Part shown: piece after piece, positions 1 through 13,050 of the stretch | How the letters are laid out: each line of letters opens with the position of its first letter | How positions within the stretch are numbered: position 1 is the first letter of the stretch | Assembly (NCBI RefSeq): GCF_001194135.2 | Contig: NC_068998.1 | Location: forward strand, 6,168,151 to 6,232,150 | From: Octopus bimaculoides | Taxonomy: Eukaryota | DNA length: 64,000 bases | Direction of reading: 5' to 3' | Notes under the pieces: model-generated | What the model was told of the DNA's origin: nothing | Databases searched by the model: none | Seen by the model: the letters and a program-made list of their open reading frames with translations, nothing else | Position numbers and translations under genes: made by a program

Positions 1-115
1 TTAACTACACTGAGAGGAAATATAGAAATATACGCTCACACACATACCCCCGCACACATCCCTTTATTTCTCTCTGGCTCTGTCTTTCTCTCCCTATATA
101 TATATATATATATAT

Positions 116-200
116 ACTAGCAGATAAACCCGGTTTCACCCGGCCTGTTTGGATGATGTGGCTGTGATCGTTTTTGGTTAGGCATAATCTATAACAGCGT
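116..200 (-). mobile_element. Possible Helitron 3' terminus
   Basis: The minus strand reads CCGG gtgaaa CCGG (hairpin), then gtttatctg CTAG T, abutting (TA)n. Confidence 0.45.
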
Positions 201-355
201 TTCTCAACCTTATCATTTATATATCATATATATTTATATATCATATAAATATAATTCAATATACACACATATAGATATATAGATATATACATACATATAT
301 ATATATAAGTTGGATTTCTGTGTTGTATATGGAAACAATCTGTCACAGTTGTGTG

Positions 356-392
<37 letters not shown>

Positions 393-1272
393 AAATGTAT
401 ATATATATGTATAAATGTATATATGTATGTANNNNNNNNNNNNNNNNNNNNNNNNNNNNNNNNNNNNNNNNNNNNNNNNNNNNNNNNNNNNNNNNNNNNN
501 NNNNNNNNNNNNNNNNNNNNNNNNNNNNNNNNNNNNNNNNNNNNNNNNNNNNNNNNNNNNNNNNNNNNNNNNNNNNNNNNNNNNNNNNNNNNNNNNNNNN
601 NNNNNNNNNNNNNNNNNNNNNNNNNNNNNNNNNNNNNNNNNNNNNNNNNNNNNNNNNNNNNNNNNNNNNNNNNNNNNNNNNNNNNNNNNNNNNNNNNNNN
701 NNNNNNNNNNNNNNNNNNNNNNNNNNNNNNNNNNNNNNATATATATATATATATATAATTTATATAAGCTGTTTCTGTAAGAAAATGAAGTTCATTTTAT
801 AATTTTTTCTCTTCCTTTGACATTTATATAATTTCATATTACGGTCTGTACTTATCTAATGCTTTATTCTGAAGCCTATGTACATTGTGTTCAAACACTA
901 GGTTATTAACATCGCTATACCGAAGCGAGATGTTAGTATACATATAACTGTTTCTTCATTAACTCTTTTTTAATCAGTAACGCATACTTCTCAGCTAACA
1001 TAATCTAGTTTTTTCAGGGTTATTTTGTCTTTTTAATTGTTTCAATCATTAGACTGCGGCAATGCTGGGGCACCACCTTGAAGAATTTTAGACGATCGAG
1101 TCGACTCCAATACTTATTACATTTTGTAAAGCCTCGTACTTATTCTATCGGTTTCTTTTGTTGAACAGCTAAGTTACGGGAATATAAACACACCAACACT
1201 GGTTGTCACGCGGCGGTGGGGGAAAAACACCGGCACAAACACGCACACACACACACTCTCTCACTCTCTCTC

Positions 1273-1309
<37 letters not shown>

Positions 1310-2155
1310 CTCACACACACACCCACTCTCTCTTTCACACACACTCACACACTCTCTCACTCACATGCTTTCTCTCACACACATGCTCTCTCTCCCTCTG
1401 ACACACGCACGCTCTCTCTCTCTCTCGCACGCGCGCGCGCACACGCACACACACACGCCAGACTTGTTCTACGGNNNNNNNNNNNNNNNNNNNNNNNNNN
1501 NNNNNNNNNNNNNNNNNNNNNNNNNNNNNNNNNNNNNNNNNNNNNNNNNNNNNNNNNNNNNNNNNNNNNNNNNNNNNNNNNNNNNNNNNNNNNNNNNNNN
1601 NNNNNNNNNNNNNNNNNNNNNNNNNNNNNNNNNNNNNNNNNNNNNNNNNNNNNNNNNNNNNNNNNNNNNNNNNNNNNNNNNNNNNNNNNNNNNNNNNNNN
1701 NNNNNNNNNNNNNNNNNNNNNNNNNNNNNNNNNNNNNNNNNNNNNNNNNNNNNNNNNNNNNNNNNNNNNNNNNNNNNNNNNNNNNNNNNNNNNNNNNNNN
1801 NNNNNNNNNNNNNNNNNNNNNNNNNNNNNNNNNNNNNNNNNNNNNNNNNNNNNNNNNNNNNNNNNNNNNNNNNNNNNNNNNNNNNNNNNNNNNNNNNNNN
1901 NNNNNNNNNNNNNNNNNNNNNNNNNNNNNNNNNNNNNNNNNNNNNNNNNNNNNNNNNNNNNNNNNNNNNNNNNNNNNNNNNNNNNNNNNNNNNNNNNNNN
2001 NNNNNNNNNNNNNNNNNNNNNNNNNNNNNNNNNNNNNNNNNNNNNNNNNNNNNNNNNNNNNNNNNNNNNNNNNNNNNNNNNNNNNNNNNNNNNNNNNTAT
2101 CTATATATATGCATATAAACATATATACATAAACTCAGAGATATATATGTATATA

Positions 2156-2198
<43 letters not shown>

Positions 2199-2258
2199 GC
2201 ATACAGACACATATGCATTGACAATAACTCACACACGTTCTTACACACACACATATGC

Positions 2259-2316
<58 letters not shown>

Positions 2317-2321
2317 GTGTC

Positions 2322-2433
<112 letters not shown>

Positions 2434-3829
2434 CTCACATAAACATACCTCATTTTATGGATGCGCTTTATATTTCGTTTCACGGAAAACTATTTGTCAG
2501 AGTGTGCAGTTTCTACAGAAGACGTTGATTTACGCCCCTTGCGGCGGACGCTGTGTCACTTTCGTTTCGACTAATTCAGCTGATACGTGTGCTTATTTGT
2601 AAAGATAGATACAATATTTATATTACCTGCACGTTTTCTTCGCATTAGTGCTTTTTGTTGTGATTGGCAAAATGAAGAAAGCTAGAATATGCGAGCCTTT
2701 CAATTGTATTAGCTGGGAGCGACACTTTGCAGCAATATTTTTAAACAATGCAAGTATACATACATACATATGTATACATATATATGGCTTTACTTTATGT
2801 ATACATATATATGTGTACGGGCTTATATATATATATATATATATATNNNNNNNNNNNNNNNNNNNNNNNNNNNNNNNNNNNNNNNNNNNNNNNNNNNNNN
2901 NNNNNNNNNNNNNNNNNNNNNNNNNNNNNNNNNNNNNNNNNNNNNNNNNNNNNNNNNNNNNNNNNNNNNNNNNNNNNNNNNNNNNNNNNNNNNNNNNNNN
3001 NNNNNNNNNNNNNNNNNNNNNNNNNNNNNNNNNNNNNNNNNNNNNNNNNNNNNNNNNNNNNNNNNNNNNNNNNNNNNNNNNNNNNNNNNNNNNNNNNNNN
3101 NNNNNNNNNNNNNNNNNNNNNNNNNNNNNNNNNNNNNNNNNNNNNNNNNNNNNNNNNNNNNNNNNNNNNNNNNNNNNNNNNNNNNNNNNNNNNNNNNNNN
3201 NNNNNNNNNNNNNNNNNNNNNNNNNNNNNNNNNNNNNNNNNNNNNNNNNNNNNNNNNNNNNNNNNNNNNNNNNNNNNNNNNNNNNNNNNNNNNNNNTATA
3301 TATATTTGTTTGATTTAGTAGTAAATCCATAGACATTAACATATTTGCAAACTTGTGCAAAGAAAAACAAACCTCACATGCACAAATATATCTGTACAAG
3401 TACTCGCATACATGAAGGTTTATTAACACACACATATACACACACATACACACACAAAGTCAGACGTTTTTCCTCTTCACTTCAAATACATGTGCCTATG
3501 CATATGTAGCAAGTATGTATGTGTGGGGGTGGGTTAATGCATGAGTGTATGTATGTGCGTGCGTAGCTATGTAGGCAGCAATTTTTTCTTTGCGAGTTTT
3601 TGTGTTATAGATACGCAGGAGTTCGAATTTAACGTTATTTATTAAACACTTTTCATACTTACTCATTAGTCTTCTATAATTAATTTGGACCAATAGCGTC
3701 ACAGAGTCCATTACTGTTTCAAAATCATTAGCATGTATTGTTTTTTTCTTCTTTTTTTTTTGATTTTGAAACTCACTACAATGCAAGTTGGGAAACAAAA
3801 TTCAAACAAAGACTTACTCTTTTACTTGT

Positions 3830-3975
3830 TTCAGTCATTTGACTGCGGTCATGCTGGAGTATCGCCTTTAGCCGAACAAATTGACCCCAAAACTTATTCT
3901 TTGTATGCCTAGTACTTATTCTATCGGGTTCTTTTGCCGAACAGCTAAGTTACGGGGACAAACACAGACACACAA
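3830..3975 (+). mobile_element. SINE family with catttgactgcggccatgctggagcaccgcc core
   Basis: Core plus tacttattctatcgg...gctaagttacgggga. Other copies at ~1035-1230 (+), ~4480-4590 (-), ~9400-9665 (-), ~21490-21690 (-), ~36255-36400 (-), ~54310-54545 (+) and ~60800-60880 (+). Confidence 0.8.
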
Positions 3976-3977
3976 AC

Positions 3978-4007
<30 letters not shown>

Positions 4008-4011
<4 letters not shown>

Positions 4012-4175
4012 GAGAATTTACGAAAAAAACAACAACAGACGAGGACAGGTGGTGTAAACAACAAAAGGATGTATTAGTTTAACGCTCGGGAATAGAGAAA
4101 GTCTATAAGGTTTCGAGCTACACTCTTCAACGGAAAGAATACGGAGAAAACAAGGAGAAAAACACGGAGATATAC
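4008..4175 (-). mobile_element. Penelope-like terminal repeat with decayed HHR-like motif
   Basis: The minus strand reads ttt CCGTTGA AGAG tgtag CTC GAAAC ... cccgagcgttaaactaatac ... cacctgtcctcgtctgttg. The same terminus recurs at 24053-24125. Confidence 0.5.
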
Positions 4176-4179
4176 AACG

Positions 4180-4340
4180 GGCTTCGTTCAGTTTCCGTCT
4201 ACCAAATCCACTCGCAAAGATTTGGTCGGCCCGAAGCTATAGTAGAAGACACTTGACCAAGGGGGCACGCAGTGGGACCGAACCCGGAACCATATGGTTG
4301 GTAAGCAAGCTACTTACCACACAGCCACTCCTGCGCCTAT
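4180..4340 (-). mobile_element. tRNA-derived SINE copy (third family)
   Basis: ctaccaaatccactc...ggtcggccc...ctatagtagaagacactt...cgcagtggga. Also at ~31205-31330, ~35500-35580, ~35940-36065, ~58650-58730 and inverted at ~30700-30850. Confidence 0.8.
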
Positions 4341-4999
4341 ACATTTTTTTCTATTAATATTGCACTAGAATATTTCGGACTTGAAAAGCCTTTGTCAAGA
4401 AAACGAAAGAACAGTGAGATTTGTTTGCACAGATTAAAACAACACTAACATTGCAGATTGAAGACACCGATAGAATATGTACTAGGCTTACAAAGAATAA
4501 GACCTGAGGTCGATTTGCTAGACTAAAAACGTGGTACTCCAGCATGGCCCCAGTCAAACGACTGAAACAAATAAAAGATTAAGAGAATAAAAGAATAAAT
4601 GCATAATTACATAATTGCGATACATAATTAATTTAAATTTATTTATAACATATAATATTCCCGATGATTTGATGAAAATACAGCTTTTTAATTAAATTTA
4701 AATTAATCTAAATGAATTGATTATCTATGACAATTATGTAATTAAACATTTAATTATCTTTATTTTAATGAAACAATGTTCAACACAATGTGACACACAA
4801 AATATGAACTTTATGTGAAATTTGTTTTTCTGTTTTTATTCTCTCCGCTCTTTCTCTCTCAAATGTATGTATGTTTTCATGCATACATGCATGTGTGTAT
4901 AAATTCAATTCGGGTGTGAAACCTGTAGTAGTATTATGCAATAAATCGTGTTTGCTCAATCCGATCTCTCTTGTTTATACATATGTGTGTATGCGTGTG

Positions 5000-5150
5000 A
5001 AGGCGGATGGCTCAGTGGTTAGATCGTCGAGCTTACGATCATGAGGTTGTGAGTTCGATTCATGGACCGGGCTGCGCGTTGTGTTCTTGAGCAAGACCCT
5101 TTATTTCACGTTGCTCCAGTTCATTCAGCTGTAGAAATGAGTCGCAAATG
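5000..5150 (+). mobile_element. tRNA-derived SINE 5' part (second family)
   Basis: TGGCTCAGTGGTTAG...GTTCGATTC, then gttgtgttcttgagcaagac. Related copies at ~8060-8215 (-), ~9255-9330 (+), ~11870-12000 (-), ~25390-25530 (-), ~36410-36500 (+) and ~54720-54790 (-). Confidence 0.8.
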
Positions 5151-5989
5151 GCGGCCGTTTGTGAGAAAATATTTATTGCAAAATTTTCGCCTACGCACCA
5201 AATTTAAATTTAAAATACAAATAATAATTATAGAAATAAAAATTTGCATTTATATCGGGAATATCTTTTGGTAGAAGGTTTTAGAAAATTTAACAAATTC
5301 ACCTGTACTGACATAACGCATTACTATTTATGACAATGTTATATGAATTAGGTGTATGGTACCATGATATGTATGTATGTATGCATATATGAATGTATAC
5401 ACCCATATTATGTTGGACATACACACAAATATGTATATATAAATATGTGTGTGTGTGTTAGAATTCTATTTATGTTGCATTCATGTCTAGACTACTTTAT
5501 CAGAATATTAAATCTATCACAGTACTTGACCAGTATTTATTTCATCCGATCTGGAAGCATATCTGTTAAAGATAACGTCGAACAGATTAGAGCTCAGAAC
5601 GTAAAGGGCAGGATGTAAAAATCTACAAGTACTGAGTCCAAAGCGCTAATGATTCTAAATTGATAAGGTAGAATGGTCGAAGAATATTTACTGAACGTAA
5701 TATCATTATTCTCTGGAACTTTATCATATCCATACTAATCTATATTATCAATAACATGTAATTGTCATTGCTGAATTGAGCACAAAATGATTCGATTGAT
5801 ACGAATTGCAAATATTAGCAATTTCAATACTTATATTCTCATTATAATTTGAAGCTACACATTTGTGATTTATATAATCAATTAGTATTAATGTGTCAAT
5901 TATCACGCAATTTCCATTTATACTATGTAAACTGATGTCAAATGTATTGTACATTAAATAATAACCATTCTATGTGCTAAGGTATCACA

Positions 5990-6306
5990 CGATTCTGCCG
6001 AGGTCGACTTTGTCTTTCATCGTTTTGGGGTCGATAAAATAAGTATCAGTCGACTACTGGTGTCGATGTAATCGAATTCCTTCCCCCCTCAAAAACTATT
6101 GGCCCTGTGCCAAAATTTGAAGCCAATATTACATTTTTTCGTCATTTCTTCCGGCATTACGTTCGGAGTTCAAATGCCACCGAGGTCGTCTTCGCCTTTC
6201 ATCCTTTCGGGATCGATAAATTAAGTACCAGTTGCGTACTGGGGTCGATCTAATCGACTGGCACCCTCCTCCAAAATTTTGGGCCTTGTGCCTAGAGTAG
6301 AAAAGA
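5990..6306 (+). mobile_element. Two tandem copies of the dominant SINE (core GAGTTCAAATTCCGCCGAGGTCGACTTTGCCTTTCATCCTTTCGGGGTCGATAAA)
   Basis: The core is repeated at ~5995 and ~6165; more diverged copies lie at ~6935-7180 and ~7210-7350. Confidence 0.85.
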
Positions 6307-7971
6307 ATTTGTTTGTAATTGTTGAAAGGAAGACGGGAAGCTATCCGGTGACTTTTCCGAATGCGTGTAACAGAATGGAATTTATTAAATTCACCCAAGG
6401 ACCAGGCGGTAAAATTAATACAGGCGACATATTAAGTCTACCACTCAATTCCTACTACATGCCCTTCTTGTACACGCTAGATATTATTTTTAGCGCTATA
6501 CCAGTTTTCCAGTTGCAGAAACCTTTACTAACGCTGTTTTTTGATATAAATATATGCTCTGTTTGACTGCATCTGTAAGTTGTTTACCAAATGCTGTTAC
6601 ATTTTATAGTCAGCCAACGGAGAGCAGTAAAGAAGAAGGATGCTAGTAATACTATAACAACATAAAGAATACAAACTTTCATATCGTAAAATGTCATTCC
6701 ACATTAAAACAAATAGCCTGTTTAGGTGTTTTACGCTCACAAAAGCCTGTCGTAAGAAGATTTAATGTTTGAACTACAATAACAACAAAACAATTTGTCT
6801 GAGAAAAGTTGATATATCATATAAACTTTGAGTTTTTATTATTTCAAATAAAACACTATTTTAATGCTGTTTATTAACATATATTTTGTTTTAAGTTTCA
6901 CTTAACTTTCAGTTAAGACTATTATAACTTTAAGACGGTAGATCAGCAGCATCGTTAGAACAGCAAACAAGGCGAGTAGATTAGTAGTTTAGTAAGAACA
7001 GCAAACAAAATAGCTTCAAGTAATTTATTCCGGTTCTTTGTCTATTGAGTTCAAATCCTGCTGAGGCCAAATTTGCTTCTCCATGATTTCAGTGTCGATA
7101 AAATAAGCACAAATCAAGCACTAGGATCGATAGTATTGACCATATCCTCCTCCCAAATACCAATCCTTCTTCCGGTAGTAGAAACAGTTATTTAGTTAAG
7201 ATCCTTTATATTGTGAGTTAAAATAGTCGAGGTCTACTTTACCTTTCATGGTTTCGGAGTTTGTAAAATAATCAACCAATCGAGCGTCAGGATCAATTAC
7301 ATAAATTCATCTCCATTTCCCAACTGTAGCATTGTACCTACGCTAGAAACTTTAATAACTTCATACTTTTCAAAAATACATTTTTACACCGAAAATGTAG
7401 CTTTTGACTAAAAGTTTACTGAGTTTATTACTATGCATACGCATAATATTATATTAACTATACTATAAAGCGTCCTTATTCTTTCATTTAATTTAATAGC
7501 ATTTCCATCTCTCTACATTTCATTTCAATGCTATTATCAACATTTTCATTCTTTCAAGTTTTACTTTATTTAATTTTGTTTTAAGAACAATGTAACTATA
7601 ACCCATTATTAGAACAACTACGTATTCTTCTAATCCATCTCTATTATTCTTTATAACCTCTGCCATATATCTGTATTATTCTGGTTTGTTCACCGATACA
7701 TAAATAACTCAGAATGTCTTTGGCATCAGAAAGTTGTATATTTTTCATATTTTATTGGTTTTATTTTAAATTCTTGGAAATGACATTGACGTATTTTACT
7801 AATCCGAATGTCATATCAAGTCCAATACTAAACCAATGTATTGTAAGCAAGCGATTCCAGTTATTTGCTTTTTAATTTGCAGTATATATATATATATATA
7901 TATATATTGATGTTGTCTGTATTCTGGGAATTGATTCATCGCATAATTTAACATTTTTAGATAAATGTGTT

Positions 7972-8024
<53 letters not shown>

Positions 8025-9744
8025 TGCCATCTTCTTCATCATCTACCCTTAGAGCGAGACCGCAGCATTCCTTCTGAAAGGGAAGCCACTCGTCCGTTGC
8101 AGGATTACTCATTTACAGCTAAGTGAATTACACCAACATGATATGAAGTGTTTTGTTCAAAAACACAAAGCACCGCCCGGTCCGGGAATCGAAAGCTCGT
8201 GCTTGCGATTGTGAGTTTAAGTTGATATTTCTCCCAATGTTCGTTTTAGCGGAACGCCTGTTTGATTTTAGCATTGTCTCATACGATCCAGGCGCTGTTC
8301 AAAAGTCTTGAGCTTCTCTTGCTGTTAGCATTGAATTAATTTCTTTTTGCTAGGTTTGAGAAATAAACAGATTGTTTTGTTAATAGCAAAAAAGAACAAA
8401 CAAAATAACACGCTGAAATTTCAATGACTTTTTTTTATATAATCCTTCATTATTCATCCCCACCTCGTCTTCTAAGTGTATTTTGTCGACAATTTAATAA
8501 AGAATTGACAGTTCTCTACTTTTATTTTTTAGCTTTCACTGCACATAGGTCTTCAGTATCGTTTGTTCGAGTTTAATAACTTGAAGTGAAAAGACTTCGT
8601 CCGTTAGACATTTCAGACTAATTCAGTTATAAAAAAGAAAAAGATTAATTTATTTATTCTGGTAGTTTTGATGCTCTAACGATCGTATGTGTTGTGTTGT
8701 TGTCTCCTTTTTATCGTTAACTATTACATTCGGGCTTATATTTTATTGATGAATAAAATTTTCGATCACTTGTGATTCTCGAGCTATTTTTAACTTTAGA
8801 TTACATCGTCATATTTTTTTTTCTCCGCCATTAATTCATTCTTATTGTTAATCATGTTCTTGTTGTCATTGATGGAGTTCTCGTTCGTCTTTTGATTGTA
8901 GGTACTCTGAAGATTTATCAATGTTGCTTTTGTTGTAGATAATTATTTCCTGCTCCATTTGTTCGTACTTCTATATACTTTATATATCCTCACATTCCTT
9001 GTATATTTCTATACACATCTCCATATTTGCCATATATTTTCTAGATTCGCAATATATTTCGCTGTTTATAGACTTATATTGTTCATTGTAGTGACGTTCT
9101 TTGCATTTTCATCATGTTTTCCTTTCATTTAAGTGTTCTATTTCCATATCCGATATTGCATGCGTTTATACATAGAGAAATGTAAAATTATATCTCAATC
9201 AGGGTAATTGTCCTTCTGTTGCTCATGTGCTGTTGCGGTCGACTTATATTTCAGGCGCAGATATAGCTATGTGGTTAAAATGCTCGCTTTGCAACTTCAT
9301 GATTTGGGGTTCAGTCCCACTGTATGGTACTTTGGATTAGGGGCTTCTATTATAGCCCCCGACCGGCCAATATTGTGAGTGAATGTGGCAGACGGAACCT
9401 GAGTGGAAGCCCCTGTGTGTATGCGTATATATATGTATGCGTGTGCATGCGCACGCGTGTGTATATGTCCCCAGTCTGCTTAATAACCGGTGTTGGTTTG
9501 CTTACGTTTCCATAATTTAATGGTTCGGCAAAAGGAACTAATAGAATAAGTACCTGATTCAAAAATTTTTAAAAATAGTACTGGAGTCGATTTGTTTCGT
9601 CAAACCTTTCAAGGTGGTGCTCCAGCATGATCCCATTCCAGTGACTGAAACGAAATGTAAAAGACACGTTCTTGTAATATCGTTCATGGAGATGGGTCTA
9701 GCTACAAATAGGCACATAATATTGCCTTCAAATTTTGGCACAAG

Positions 9745-10150
9745 GGGCTAAGTCGATTACATCGACCTCCAGGGCTCAGCTAGTACTTATTTTATCAACC
9801 CCCGAAAGGATGAACAGTTAAGTGGACCTGGGTGGAATTTGAACTCGGAACATAAAGACGAAAGAAATGCAGCTAAGCATATTGTCCGGCGTGCTAACGA
9901 TTTGCCAGCTCGCCGCTCTAAATACCCTCATAATATTCTTTTCTACTCTAGGCACAAGGCCCGATATTTCTGGAGATGGGGGGGTCAGTCGATTAGATCG
10001 ACCCCAGTACGTAACTGGTACTTAATTTATTGACCCCGAAAGGATGAAAAGCAAAGTCGACCTCGGCGGAATTTGAACTCAGGACATAAAGACAGACGAA
10101 GTACCGCTAAGCATTTTGTCCGGTGTGCTAATGATTCTGCCAGATCACCG
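9745..10150 (-). mobile_element. Two adjacent copies of the dominant SINE; the second has a 22-bp TSD
   Basis: Copies at 9745-9915 and 9938-10150. The flanks ctctaaataccctcataatatt (9916-9937) and ccctaaatatccgcataatatt (10151-10172) match with 3 mismatches. Confidence 0.85.
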
Positions 10151-10721
10151 CCCTAAATATCCGCATAATATTAAAACGTATTTCACATGAGATCATTTAT
10201 GCTTTTCATTAATTAATTTACCCCTTTATTTTGATTGCTTTCTCTTTCATTAGTGAGCTGCGCAATTTTTAGTAGCAAAGCGACGTTTCGCACGTTTTAT
10301 ACTGTTTAACCCTCAAATTAAAACTATACATCCACGCATTCCCCTTTTAAACTTGAACCGCCTGATAAAGTTTTCATTCGTATTGTCCATTAGGTTTTGC
10401 TATGAAATGAATTTCTCTGATGACAGCTGAATTGCGCTTCGTTAGTGTATTTACACGCGATGACCAGCCGGAGATTGGTGCGACCGTTAAAGCTCTGTAA
10501 CTTATATTTAGCGTAGAGCAATAAAAGAAAGTAAGTTAATGGATTGCTTTCGCAAGTATCCATCAACATTCGTCAGTTTTCTTCCAATTTTACGATTATT
10601 TTATCAATATTAATGGATATGTGTGTGTATGTATGAATGCATGCATATATATATAAGATAGATAGATAGATGAATTTGTGTATCTATAGATTCATGGAGA
10701 AAGATACGCACACATATACAC

Positions 10722-10762
<41 letters not shown>

Positions 10763-11085
10763 GGGAAATTATAAACATAATATTTATATATGAAGTAACG
10801 ATATCTGGTTTCCTTCGTTTTCTTCCTTTTTCTTCATTTTTACCTCTCGTTCTCCTTTTTTTTCTTCTCTTCCTATTGCTATGTGATCGATGTTATTGTT
10901 CAACATGTTATTGCCTGTTGTTTGTATTGTCAATAATATCTTTGCTTCTCACTCGAGTAACGAAACCATTATTCTTATTTCTTTACGTCGTCAGTTTTCT
11001 ATTCTTATTTTGCTTTAACAGCAACAAGAAGAACATTAACAACAACAATTATAATAAATATATATATATATGTACGTATGTATAA

Positions 11086-11320
11086 CTAATGTTCGTAGCC
11101 ACTTCAACATGGCTGTCCGTTCGAACGGACTTCACTGAGATTTTTTAAGCCCAAGAGGATATCTCTAGCTGGTTAACGATGCACAACGGTATCTGAGGTC
11201 TTGCGAGCAGGGGAGCGAGCCCCTACCACATTCTAGTGACGGGATCAGCAAACCAGCCTGGTTTCGGGCTATTTCTGCCTCTTCAGTACTGGACATCTCG
11301 TCTACTAGAGATATTTTCTT
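11086..11320 (-). mobile_element. HHR-bearing ~230-nt non-coding element (retrozyme-like or Penelope pLTR-derived)
   Basis: GC-rich island next to (TA)n. It contains the HHR, a closing inverted repeat atatctctag (11159-11168) / ctagagatat (11305-11314), an AGGGG/CCCCT hairpin and the palindrome gtccgttcgaacggac followed by GCCATGTTG. Confidence 0.55.
11246..11292 (-). ncRNA. Type I hammerhead ribozyme motif
   Basis: The minus strand reads cCAGTA | CTGAAGA | GGCagaaataGCCC | GAA | ACCA ggc TGGT | T | TGCTG. The CUGANGA/GAAA core is canonical, stem I is 5 bp (one G.U), stem III is 4 bp, and the triplet is GUU. Stem II is imperfect. Confidence 0.7.
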
Positions 11321-11496
11321 TTTTATGATAATATTTATCGGACATAGAGAGGACAATACAGGATATCACAAACAAAAACTGTTCATGGGTTCATAAATGA
11401 GTTTTAAAAATATGATGTATTTAAATATAATTAAAAATTTTAAAACTTGGCCGTGAAGTCCACCAGCTACACCGTACTACTTTACTATGGTTGACA

Positions 11497-11806
11497 TTAA
11501 GCAGGATCATTCACCCCCAACTTTTTTTCCACATCCTTCCATCTTTTCCCGTATACACTTTGCGACAGGCATCTTTTCTCCAGCCCTATCTTGCTCTTCA
11601 GATGATATCTGAAGTAGTATAGCAAGCCAGAGCTGGAAATGAAAGTTCCTGTCGCGACTCCTTTCATTCTAGATTTCCTTGTACACTCAGTACTGCAACT
11701 GCGCATAAGAAATACGCCTTACCTTCCCATGACAGTCCGGGTGGCGGCGCAATCTTAATCATGGACTCAGCTGATAGCTGTACTCTTCCCAGATGCGACA
11801 GCACGT
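11497..11806 (-). mobile_element. L1/Tx1-like LINE ORF2 C-terminal remnant
   Basis: Frameshifted VLSHLGRVQLSAESMIKIAPPPGLSWEGKAYFLCAVAVL / FISSSGLLYYFRYHLKSKIGLEKRCLSQSVYGKRWKDVEKKLGVND*, with an F...L..KI..E...W pattern like Tx1-type ORF2 ends. Assigned from recalled family motifs. Confidence 0.6.
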
Positions 11807-12807
11807 GTTCTGCGTTAATTATGAAGCCTTTACCTTTGTCACATGTTAACTACGTCACATGTTACGGATTTACAATTGAGTGAACTAGAACAACGTGAAA
11901 TGAAGTGTTTTGCTCAAGAACACAGCGCGCAACCGGTCTGGGAATCGAACCCACAATCTCACGACGGTGGATGGAACATGTCTAACCACTAGGCCACGCA
12001 CCTTCACAAAAACACACATCCATAGGAATATATATATATATATATAACCATCACGCTCTGTATATGATATATGCTGTGTACCAAAATTTGTTCATTCATG
12101 ATTAGGCACATCTCTTGCAAATCGAAGTGGGGGGCGTCATATGAAAAGACCAAAAAAAACCCTAAAGCTTTGAAGATATTGCTATTAATAAATAGTTGTA
12201 ATAGAATTTGGATATTTTTTGTAACATCGTAAATTTGCATTTTGTAATATCGATTACAAAATAGTGTTCAGTAAGTTCAACCTAACCCTAAATAGAAATT
12301 ATTAGAAGACGATAAGGAACTAGATTTATTGGTGTTAACACTCGAGGCTCACAGCGATCATATCTGCAACTAAATCGGTAAGGAATTGGTAACAGATTAA
12401 CAGCTAAGGTGAATAAGTTTAAGTATGAAAGTTAACACGTTGAAATACGCCATAATCGTTAAGGATCACGTAGTTAAATAAAGGAGACTTGGTTTCTACA
12501 AATGGGCTTCGATATTTCAGTTTAATATAGAAGCAGAAGATAAACTTTTAGATTTATGATGCCTGACATAAAAGCTGTATTATAAGGTTAAGCTTTGAAG
12601 CTGATCCCGAATTAATATTGGCTGTTGTTGTTGTGGTGGTGGTGGTGCTAGAAGTGTTATAGTTGTAGGGATGGTATTGTTTAGTAAAAAGGCAAAGAGG
12701 ATAGAGAACTCCCTTATGATCAAAAATAGTCCTGCCGTGATAATCTCGTTATTTTAGGGAGATGTGTATTTTAGGGAGAAAAGATTATATTATCTAATGT
12801 GTTATAA

Positions 12808-13050
12808 AGGCGGCGAGCTGGCAGAAACGTTAGCACGGCGGGTGAAATGCTTAGCGGTATTTCGTCTGTCTTAACGTTCTGAGTTCAAATTTCGCCGAGG
12901 TCGACTTTACCTTTCATCCTTTCGAGGTCGATAAAATACGTGCCACCTAGTTGAGTACTGGATTAAGTGCCACCTAGTTGAGTACTGGGATTAATGTAAT
13001 CGATTTCCAAATTTTCCCCAAATTTCTGGCCTTATGCCTATAATAAACAG
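12808..13050 (+). mobile_element. Dominant SINE copy with internal 27-bp tandem duplication
   Basis: ggcggcgagctggcagaaacgttagc head; gtgccacctagttgagtactggattaa occurs twice at 12940-12994. Confidence 0.88.

Noticed and set aside
12940-12994. Direct repeats that might suggest a CRISPR-like array
   Set aside because: Only two adjacent copies with no spacer, inside a SINE in eukaryotic DNA; no cas genes.
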